Shown here piece after piece: positions 12,541 to 22,975 of a stretch of 64,000 nucleotides of DNA. The number at the start of each line of letters is the position of its first letter. Position 1 is the first letter of the stretch. Source of the DNA: Felis catus (taxonomy: Eukaryota); the NCBI RefSeq assembly GCF_018350175.1, contig NC_058368.1, positions 76,634,001 through 76,698,000 of the forward strand. The letters are read 5' to 3'. Under the pieces are notes generated by a model. It had not been told where the DNA came from. It made no database searches and saw only the letters and a program-made list of their open reading frames with translations. The position numbers and the translations under genes are program-made.

Positions 12541-15500
12541 GTGTTCTTTTCACTGATCCTGAATGAGTTCACGTGGCTTCCAAAACAGCCTGACGATTCA
12601 AAGGAAGCGCTAACACTACCAAGTGCCCTCGAACAGAATGGTTACAGGCACATACTAACAAGCCATCTGCAAACGGACGCTGTCGAAAGAAACGCTAGAC
12701 ACACTTCCGTCCTTGTGGATGCATTTCCACACATTAGGAGACATACTGTCATCTTGACATCAAAATGGCAATCACTTGGACACGAGAGTGTGGTTTGTAT
12801 ATAAGAGAGGGAGGATGTTTTGCTATGAGTGGACAGACATGTGATCACATGTGACCGGCCTGCCTGCTTGTTCTCCCTCTCACAGCACGCACAAATGCCC
12901 TCAGCCAAAGGGCTCTCTTCTCCTCACCCCTCCTCACCCACAGAGTGGGCCATCCACTGTGAAACCAAAGTCTGTGAAAGCGGCTCCAGACAGAAAGATC
13001 CAGAGACACACTTGAAAAGCCTGTTTCTCTGGTTGCTACAGGGAGGTGGCCCAGAGAGAGAGGAGAAGGAGAAACACGGGGACAAGAGGAGGTGGTCGGG
13101 TGGCCCTGAAGCTGGCAGGGAGCAGTACCTCAGGAAGCTCCGGCTGGAACGTGGGAGCAGACGCCCTCCAGAGCTATGTTCCCGCTTCCGTCTGGGACAC
13201 CCCAACCTCCCAACTCCCACAGAGACCCAAGGGGAAGCCCAGGAGGGAGTGACATTTTTCAGTGCCACGGGGACACCCCCACTCCACACACAGGTGCACA
13301 TCTCACTGCCAAGTACTTGCATTGGCCTTCGGTCCACCGGAGGCTTAGACACCCCGGGGGGCTAAGGATGACCTTACACCTCACCAAAGTGTGTCTAAAC
13401 AAGCAGCCTGTGGCTCTCACATATGCACCTGCCACATGAACTTAAGGGCGCCCATGGCAACCAAGCTCGTGAGCTTGGGTATTCAGAGGGAAAAGCCTTG
13501 GTAGAAATCACAATCTGTGAACGAGGGTGTAGCTGGAAGAAAAAACTCGAATGTTTATAGTTGACAGCTCATATTGAGTTATTTGTAGCTACACCAGCTC
13601 TCTGTAAAATCCACTTTCATTCACACGTTCGCCGCTATGAGAAGAAAAAAAAAAAATCACCCCAAGACCGCTTAAGCAGAAACAAACAAAAACACTTCTA
13701 TTTTTCTGTGGTCTTTTCTCTCCCTTCGGTTGCCTAATTTATCAATCTTCACACTTGCTGTAATTTTCTGTTAATACTTGCTGACTGGTTGCCTACTTTC
13801 ACTTTTCTCTTACAATCAAAACACAGATAGGAGTCCAGGTGTGAAATGGTTAAACACCACGGTTTTCTCACCTCCACTTAGAGAGTTACTGTTGAAAATA
13901 GTTTACATTCCTTCGTTCTCAGCTATTTCAATCCTTTTTTTTCCTCTAGATCTTGAAATCCTCCAAAGCAACGTCAAATAATAAATATGTTCAGACCAAA
14001 CAGAGAAGCTATGTGATTTTTAATTCAAGAATTCTTAATTATTATCACAAATGTAAACATAGGTATATGAGTAATTCACACGTGAATGGTACATTATTCA
14101 GTAAGTTGCCACTTTCTGAAGCAACAGGACTTCCTCATCAAGCGATAATAATTTGACAAAATAGTAAGTGACTCAAAACAAATACTATTAAATGATACAG
14201 TTATCATTATATATTTTTAAGACATAATCAAAATATCTACCTTTAGATAGGAGTAAGTTCTCTGTTCCTGGAAATGCTCCAGCATTCAATGTCGGATTCA
14301 AAATGTTTTTTTTTTAAATATTCCAGTGAGTGACCAGAAAGTCATTGGTCTCACGCTTCCAAAGCCATTGAAGACTAAAGATGGCGGACGTAACACAAAC
14401 AGGTCCTACTTCATCTGCTGGCTTCAAACTCCTGAAATCACAGCTGCCCTTGTTGGCTCCTCCCTTGAGCTCCCACGGGCCATTATTGGGATACTCAGTA
14501 GCTGGTATCTTGAGACGTTTTGCTTATTTGCAGTCTTTTACGAATATTCCCCACCACGTCTCGAGAGCATGGCTTTGCTTTCCACCCTCCTCCAACTCCT
14601 CCTCCTCTGATACAATTTAGGAGTGTTGCAAAGGAAAATTCCTGCTTAGGGGGGTGGCCTAAAATTACCTTCAATGACCCTTTAAAAACTAAGATTTTTA
14701 TGACCCTCTGACTGCATGAATAGGCAGGATTAAACCCATTCAACTGTGGGTGATATGAATAGACCGCGTTCTGGCCCCACTCCTCATAAAACTATAGAGA
14801 CCCAAACAGGAATGTTCCCTGAAAAAGCATGGCCAAAGTCATTCGCTAAAGGATCAGCTGTACCTAGAAACCATAAAGAAAAGCCAGGCATCAAAATCGC
14901 ATTTGCGGTGACTCCAGAGATTAACTCTGTCATCATTGTCCAACAACAAAGGGAAAGGAAAAAAAAGACAAAACATGGCTGATATTCATCTTGTGTTATA
15001 GAGTCCTGGGGAAGAAGAGATTTATTTTATTTCTGTCATGCCAATATTTCTACACGATTGAGATATTGGATTACCTCATTCTTGAAAACATACAAATGGC
15101 CACAAATGACGACAACAGTCTCCAGTGCATATGTTGTACAAATATATATGAATAGTCACGGAAATAATTTTAACGTTGAGGGCAATTCTCGGTTGGTCCC
15201 ACGGAAATAACATGTTGACGTTCACAACACTACTAAGAACCCGACATCCAACAGATAATTGGAATGCACAATAGGAATGCAGTAACTGTGTCATTAAAGA
15301 GCACTTTTTTCCGTATTGTTTTATTTTCTTCCAGATTCTCCAGAGGTAGTTCTGTACCTCAACTTATGTTGTAAAAAAATACCAAAGTTGTCACGATACA
15401 CACGAAACTAGTGAAGCGTCTGCCACCTAAGACTTCCTGATACGTTTTCCTGCATGTCACCATGTCTCTTCAATGAACAAAAACCCATGAGATTTTCTTT

Positions 15501-17174
15501 ATCCAATTCCTGGATGTCTACAAAACTGAGCCGGGCTTGGGGGGAAGCCCTTACATGGTCCTGTCCCACAGACTCAAGTACAAGTTTTATCTTGAACTAA
15601 ATTCCGCTCCGCCTTACTCCGAACGTTTTAAACAAATGTGCGAGGTTTATCCATGAATCCTCAACTGAAAACGTAAGGCAGAGTAATAATCAGTTCTCGG
15701 CAACCAACTCCTGAAACCGCTGTAGAGTTTATTTGTGTTGCTCTTATCCTGCTTATGTGGGATTGAATGTGTCAGCCCCTGCTTGCCTTCTAACCCAGAA
15801 TGCTGAATAGCAGTTTCTGCTACAGTCAAATCAGCTTAGTGTAAAACTACCAACGGCCTCAGAATTGTGCACAACCCAACCTCTTTAGCCGTTAACAAAA
15901 ACTGTCTTTCAAATAATCAGAGCCATGGACCAAGATAACACATTTGACTGTTTAGCAGAGAAGCAGATGTCACAAGGAAGACTCGGGCTAGTCGGTAACA
16001 CATGTTTTTCCTAACGGACACAACCTTCGTTAGAGAGGAATGAGTCGGGTGGGTGTAATTACCCACTTAGCTCCAACTCCCTTACAAAAATCACACATTA
16101 TGGTTAAAATACAGACTCAGCTTGTGCAACTAAATATAGTCCACATTTTCTGTGATCGGCCAGGATATCATATTCTCAAGTGATCAGAAGTATTGGCAAA
16201 CAAAGGATTTCATGGACTGGACACTTCTATCCATTTCTGGCCCCAGAAATAGAATTTTCTGGAAAGTACTGTCCAAATACATATTCTTAAAGAAGCACCT
16301 ATACGAAGGAGCTTTGGTAAACACAATCAATTTTATTACAGGGGTTAGTTTTTTTTGCCTGTAACAACACTAAAACAACTTTGATGGTGCTTTGAAAAGT
16401 GCAATAAACAAGTAATAGATTCATAAACACAAATCTTTCCTAATACCCTTTTTTATTATTTAGCAAGCACCCTTATGTTTTCTTCAAATCAATTTTCCTT
16501 CAAATATTTCAAAGAAAAAAAAATCCTTCAAACCAGAAAACAACTCAGATGCTTTTGTTTCAAATAAGCTTGGCCACCAGGGAACTGTTACTTTATAGCG
16601 GGCTGTGGTCAAATAGAAATTCAAATGACCACACGACGCATTTCACGAGAGTCCGTAATAGTCAGATACACACGACCTTCCAAAGTTAGTTTATTTTGGA
16701 TTATAGTGTGATTCCCCAAAGATTTGGATATTTAACAAGGACTTGCTACTGACTTAAATAACTTCACAAAAGATACTAAGTAGGTTCAGTATGCTACACG
16801 CGCAAACACAGAGAGGTAAGCGTCATGGCCAACATTCCTATAAATGTGTGATTCATTTTAGCCTGATTAGCAACGGTTTTCAAAATGGCTCCATTAATCC
16901 TCACACAACCACCCCCCACCTCAACCCAGAACCAACAAAACCTTCAGCTTATTTAAGCTTGAAACTTGAGAAAATAATCTGGCACTCTATCGGAACCCCA
17001 AATGCAGCTGTAGATATCCCTCTGAGACCTTCACGGGGTTGGTAGACACCTCAGTAAGAGAGTTTTATTAGCATTTAATTTATTTAATTTTGAAGGGATT
17101 AGACTAGATGTTAGCCTAACTGACTGCCATCCACATTCCACGATCTCCAACCCAACCCCATGACTTCTCCCAAG

Positions 17175-17265
17175 AAAATGACCGTGTATTTTGAGAAAGG
17201 CTTTATATAGTCAGCTTGTTTTGTAGCCTCAGGTTTCCTGGGGGCGGGGGGTGGGGGGTGGGGGG
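17175..17265 (-). promoter_or_regulatory. Candidate Pol II core promoter (GC box, TATA, Inr)
   Basis: Minus strand TATATAAAG at 17209-17201, Inr TCATTTT with A at 17179 (TATA at -30), GGGGCGGGG at 17241-17249; motif evidence only. Confidence 0.4.
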
Positions 17266-17646
17266 AGGATGGAGAATGAACAATTTGAGGTTTCTCAGCT
17301 AACTGGCTACTTAAAAAGGAAGCAGTCATAAGCCAAAACCTCAGTGAATCATGTCGACCTGTTTAAAGACAAATCCATGCCTTAAATTCTCATTCCTAGC
17401 TGAGAAGAAATTATTATCGTCAATTTATTATGCAAGTTTACGTTCATTGCCATGCATCACGGGGGTTAGGTACTAAATTAGAATACATTGTAAAAAAAAA
17501 AAAAGCTCTTCAGGTCATAACTAAGCGTTTAAACAGCTTTTCTTGTTTTACTGGCATGGTAAGAAAAGCATTAACCCTTGCAATAAGGCCTTTGGGGTTC
17601 AATTTTTGGGGAAGCAAATCTCCCAGAACCCACATGGGCAACATCT

Positions 17647-17649
<3 letters not shown>

Positions 17650-17689
<40 letters not shown>
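17650..17689. repeat. (AC)20 microsatellite
   Basis: Read directly. Confidence 0.99.
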
Positions 17690-17691
<2 letters not shown>

Positions 17692-18434
17692 ATCTTCACG
17701 AAAAACAGTTTTTACTGATTGCCTCCCATGTACCTGGTATTTTATGGACCCGTATGTAACAGACAACGATGTCTAATTTCCAGAGATTATTTCCAGCCAG
17801 AAAATTAATTATGAACCATGAAAGGGGGGGGGGGAATCATCCCTCCAAACAAAGAAAATTACCTGCTGGTTTCATACAAATCAGAGCTGGCATTTGAAGC
17901 ACAGGATTCTGGCTTTTCTGTGCAGCATCCAGGGAAAGCTGGCATCTGATGACAGTGAGCACGTTGCCAATATCAGCTGCAAGCCAACCCTATCACTAGT
18001 CGGGCTGACGGTCCCGAAATAAAACAAAGACCAGATTACTGGCCTTGAAAAATATCAAGAGGGAGGAACTGCTACTTAAGAGGCATTTAAGTAATCTTCC
18101 TATGTTTCTTAACAAGATTACCCCTAAAGGTCCCTGAGAAACCCAACTCCTTCCCGCCCTGGGTTTTGTGCTCTCCTGCCTAGAAAGCTTCGTGTAGACC
18201 TATTCTTAGAGCACCTCTCCACCAAGGGTAGAGAGTGGGCCCCCACCAGCCTGGCTTGTCACTCTTAATGAGGATGTTGTCAGCCAGCCGAGACCCACGC
18301 TGGGAGACTGGGGTTCAATATGCGTCTCCTCTAAGCCAACAGTCGGAACGCGGCTGTGTTGGTACACTCGGGGCCACATGCACGTCCTTTTGATTGACCT
18401 GGCAGTTTCCTCCCATGAGTATGTGCATCTACCC

Positions 18435-18580
18435 AGCAAACCTATGAAGCAAAGGAGGGTAATCTTCCCCATTTAGAGTTGGAAGACAATGGGCGTGCAG
18501 GAGTCAGGCAATTTGCCTGCAAGCTCTTTCCACTGGTCATTACTAGATCTCTACCCTGGATCTCGTCTTAGAGCCTTTTA
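18435..18580 (-). mobile_element. MIR fragment
   Basis: aaacctatgaag...atcttccccatttagagttggaagacaatggg...gcaatttgcctg antisense core. Confidence 0.55.
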
Positions 18581-21234
18581 CCGCTCAAGTCTGTGAATGG
18601 GACCGAGACGCACGATATCCCAACGGCAAAGGTGAGAGGCGATCCTACAATCCAGTCACAGGTACCATCCAGGTGGATGACAAGCACCACTTTAGGGTAC
18701 AAATGTCATCTGGAAGACCCCTGGGATAGCACCCCATGGTGGTGCCTACCCACACCCCAGACCATCTCTGTCCCCTTCACCCAGCCAACAGGAGCAGGCA
18801 GAGTACAGCTCCCTTCCAGTCTTGGCAACTCTATTAATTAGTGAGATAGATACAGATACAGCTAGATATAGATATATCCTTTTAAACGCCTACCATTCTA
18901 CATGACTTCCCAGAAGGGATTTTCAATAACAGAGAATCGAGGCTGTTCATGTGAATAGGTGCATTGCCTCGAAGTGTCCTCTCCTACAAAAGAATTTAAG
19001 AGTTTCCTAACAAGTGCTATGGACCACCGTAAAGATTTGCCTTTAGGATGACACATAACCGTGAACCGCGAACCGTGAACCGCGACGAGAGAGTTCAGTT
19101 GACTCTCTACATGTGTGGCCATGGCCCAGACAGTCTGCTGTTGAAAAGACCCCCAAAAGGAGAGGACATAGATTCTAAAAAATGCAGAAACGTAGATGAA
19201 CACTGCTGTGGGATATTGAATTTCTACGTTTAATGTTAATCCTCAATTGCTCAGAAACATTGTTTGTCTTTAATTATTATAATATTCTCATTCAATTAAA
19301 ATATAGGTGTTGTAATTCAGACTTTTAATTAAGCGAATTAGCTTTTGACATTTTCTTGGAAAAAGATGTTCCCAGTGTGGCTTTTCCCCTTTCCTTGCAA
19401 TTAAACATTCCTGAGCACTATTCAAATGCTTTGGGAAGGAAAACGCAATTTATAGCAATATGCCAACTTTTTCAGACGCTGACGAGGCCGCGGCCAACCT
19501 CGGGCACCGTGCATTCTAGCGAGAGACGGAAACTTGCTTCGAATCCGAATGACCCTTTTACCACGATGGGTGCAAATACCACAACTGTGCCCAGAGCACC
19601 ACCATTTCTCGATTCTCCAGACAAACGCTGCTGGTAACTCCTAGGACCGCGGTTTCGTTTACTGAAGCAGAGCAGATCCTTGCCAGCCTGAGTATGCCTT
19701 CAACTTTGCTTTCCTGTCTCGACTACAAATTTTCTGCTGCCACATTCCTGTTGCTTCTGTTCCGTGAAGTTGCCAAAGGAAAAAGGTAACTCTGTGGTGG
19801 AACAAAGGCCTCCTGCTATTTGCCTAAAGTGCAGCTGAAGGAGTCTGGTGAACCAAGCGTTAACTGCAGGAGAAATCCCACCTCTGCTGTATGTGTTCTA
19901 AGTCTCCTGATGTCACACTGTTCCTAATAATTGGTCGGGGACAGACGAAGCCTGCCGTCAACTGCGGAGAGATCATTAGCAATATCTTCTTACCGCCTCT
20001 GTCATTGCAGTGTTTGCTTTATGATGAGGTTAATGAGTCTCTTCCTTCGAGCTCATCAAAAGTAAGCCTTTAGTTTTCGGGGAACAAATAATAATAATAA
20101 TAACGGTGCTGTATTTCTGGTGTGGTAAGTACCCACTCTGACATTCCTCTAATTAGGACGTTAGACTTTTCCAACACGTTCTGTCTGTCGCCTGGGTACA
20201 AAACCTTCCGCAGAATGAAGTCGGCCCGGGAAGGGGAGGTCTTGAGGAGCACCTCTGCCTCCTTCACTGAAGCGCCCTTTCATTTGGGCAACGTGATACC
20301 ATTCAGGAGCACGGAGACTTGATCTTCTATGACTCATAAAATATTTGCTCCTTCAAAAAGAACGAAGGAAACAAAACGCAAGCCGTCAGCGTATGCATGT
20401 ATCTGTGGCTATTTGAAATCAAGTCCTTTGATATGCAATCCTGATCCTATCAGCAGGGAAAAGAGAAAAACATTTTAAAGAACACTTCTTAAAAAAAACA
20501 CACACACAAAGGTTCCACTTCATTTCATCAAACCTGAAAAATTCTAGAAGGGCATCTACCTATTCATCTTTGAAGTCACCTGCCCAAACAGTCTTAGTTG
20601 TGTATCTGTGTGCCTGTTTGCTTTTTGTAATAAAACAATCTGAGTCTTACGAGGCTGTCAACTCTGCAGAGTAAGATCAGCTAACTAAAAGCTTTTGCTT
20701 TAGTTTTTCAACAATACAATTGGAAAAAAAAAAATGGAGAAGGAAGACAAGGACCAGAAATGACCTGGTATTCAGGCAACCTGAATGAATATGGGAAGAG
20801 AAAAGTATACTCTTGCAGCCATTGAGTAATGTCTGCGATCATATCAATGTTCATAAATTAAGCAGGTCAGAATTGGTCAGTGATGAGCTGGCAAATTGGA
20901 GCGGCTGAAAAGAAATTGATGAAAAAAAAGCAAATACCGTCCACTCGTGTTTCTCGGTGGGTGGATTTTCCCACCCACGGGCCAGCAGCACTGTCTGATC
21001 TTTTGCCCACCACCAGGCCTTGGCGCTGTCCCGAATCATGGGCCACCTGGACCCGCTCGCAAACCTCCCGTCGGCTCCCCCACCCCCACCCCGGGCCACA
21101 CTGATGACTTCCAGCAACTCAACACGGCGTCCCGTGGCCAGTCACTACAGTGAATCAGACGACGAAGAGAAATTCGTTCTCCTGATTCATCGTCAAGGAC
21201 GTGGCTCCCCAGTGTTGAGGTATGACACTTCTTT

Positions 21235-21430
21235 TTACAAATGCTATTGTTGGCGTATTTCGTGTCGAGCACTTTGCCAGAAACATATGTACGTATCAGC
21301 TCACTGGATCCTTGCAACACTATAAAGAAGAAACCATTATAATTTTCATTGAAAGGTGAAGACAGAAATGTCAAATGATTAAGATCACATACATGGTGAA
21401 TGAGAGAGGTAGGACTGGACCCATGCACTC
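21235..21430 (-). mobile_element. MIR
   Basis: ctcactggatccttgcaacactat...attttcattgaaaggtgaagacaga...aagatcacatacatggtgaatg. Confidence 0.65.
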
Positions 21431-22329
21431 AAAGCGCTTTTGATGAGGACGTCTACAGCTTTGGTCCATCCAGAAAGTCTTTATCCTTCCTTCCGGTGCT
21501 TCTACTTCCCTTGGGGAAACTGCCTCTTCCACCTTCTTTGTGGTAGAGCCAAGGGTCCCAGAGGTGGCTCGGGACCCAGGCTAGACCATTCAGATTCTCC
21601 CGGGCATTTGAATGTTGAGCAAAGACCCCGGGGCAACGAGGGAGCTGGAACTTAGCCATCAAGTGGCTGAAAATCAGAGTCAAAGAGCCTTTGCAGGGAG
21701 ATCAACAAATTGCTGTGGTCGTTATCTTCCCGTGGCTGCTCGGTCAGCTCTTCCTTCGATTCCAGGAGCCACTCAAGACCTTCCCATTAAGACCTCTTTC
21801 GCGTGTCATTCAGAGTTGGTTTCTGGTGCTTGCAAGCAAAGGCTACCTCCCAGAGGCTCTATCGTAATGATGGTAAATAAGGAAGAGGTGGTCCAGCTCC
21901 TCAAGGAATTCAGAATTTACCCGGAGAGATTCATACATGCTCTCTCAGGAGTATGAAAATACATCATCTGCGCTTATATGAATAAACGACTCATTTTGTT
22001 CAACTTCAGACAAAGTTCACAGAGAAACTTCAGTGGTTAACCGAGAGCAATCATTTTGTCCTTAATACGTGAGGATCCCCTGACTAAAATGTCACACCCC
22101 TTTGGAGCGGCAACCAAACTTGTTCATTGACTCATTTCTACTTTCATTCTTTCAACATTCCGTTACTGAGCAAGTCTTGTGTTCTCGTTTACTTAAGTAC
22201 TATATCAACAGTGTAGTCCAAAAATAAGTAAACCATCAACAAATAAACTGACTTGCTCGTGGCAAAGGACACATGCCTATCAGATACTTCCAGTGATATT
22301 TTCCGTAACTGGTAGACTAAGAAGCCATC

Positions 22330-22514
22330 GTAGCAGAGAAAAGAGACCAGAGTCAGACACGCTTCAGTTCCGGTGTGGCTCCGACGCCAGCTCTGAGTAT
22401 ATAGACAAGCAACTTAAAATTTCTCTTCTTCGTTTGTAAAAGGAAAATCACAACCCTTGCCTCACACACATGTTGAAAGATTCAGCGAGAAAACCTCTAG
22501 GTTAGATGTCTGAC
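22330..22514 (+). mobile_element. MIR
   Basis: agagtcagacac...gacaagcaacttaa...ttcttcgtttgtaaaaggaaaat...tgttgaaagattcagcgaga. Confidence 0.6.
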
Positions 22515-22704
22515 ACGGGTCTCACGGGCTAAAATCAAGGTGTCATTCAGCAGGACGGACTGAGTTCCTTTCTGGAAGGTCTGAGGAGAATTTATTTTCT
22601 TGCCTTTCCCCTCTGTGACAGCTGCCCACCTGCTCTGGTTCAAGGCTCTCTTCTGTCTTTAAACCAACGTGGTCAGTCACATCTTTACATGGCATTATCC
22701 TGAC

Positions 22705-22747
<43 letters not shown>

Positions 22748-22975
22748 ATCTCTCCTGACTCCCCTATTCCACTTAGAAGAGCCTGTGTGATTACATTGGA
22801 CCCACCTGGATAATCCAGGATAATCTAGGATAATCTATCCATCTCCGGGTCGGCTGATAGCAACCTTAATTCCATCCGCAATCTTAATTCCCCTTTGCTA
22901 TGTAACCTGACAGATTGCCACATTCCCCGGCGTGTGACACGAACATCTTTAGGAGCCGTTACTCTGCCTACCGCG
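22515..22975 (-). mobile_element. MaLR LTR (MLT1D-like) with internal (TC)n
   Basis: tctcacgggctaaaatcaaggtgtca...gattacattggacccacctggataatccaggataatc...catctttaggagccgttactctgcctacc. Confidence 0.85.

Noticed and set aside
12829..13439. Overlapping ORFs on both strands (178, 142, 87 aa)
   Set aside because: GC-rich, stop-poor patch with no recognisable protein and no convincing exon boundaries.
17065..18000. miR-155-like fragments (attagcatttaa, ccctatcac)
   Set aside because: Short partial matches about 900 bp apart, with no precursor hairpin or full mature sequence.
20021..20141. Box C (ATGATGA) and box D (CTGA) suggesting a snoRNA
   Set aside because: No terminal stem and no recognisable rRNA-complementary guide.
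22808..22838. Triple ggataatc repeat
   Set aside because: Two copies are part of the recalled MLT1D consensus; one extra 10-bp slippage copy is unremarkable.
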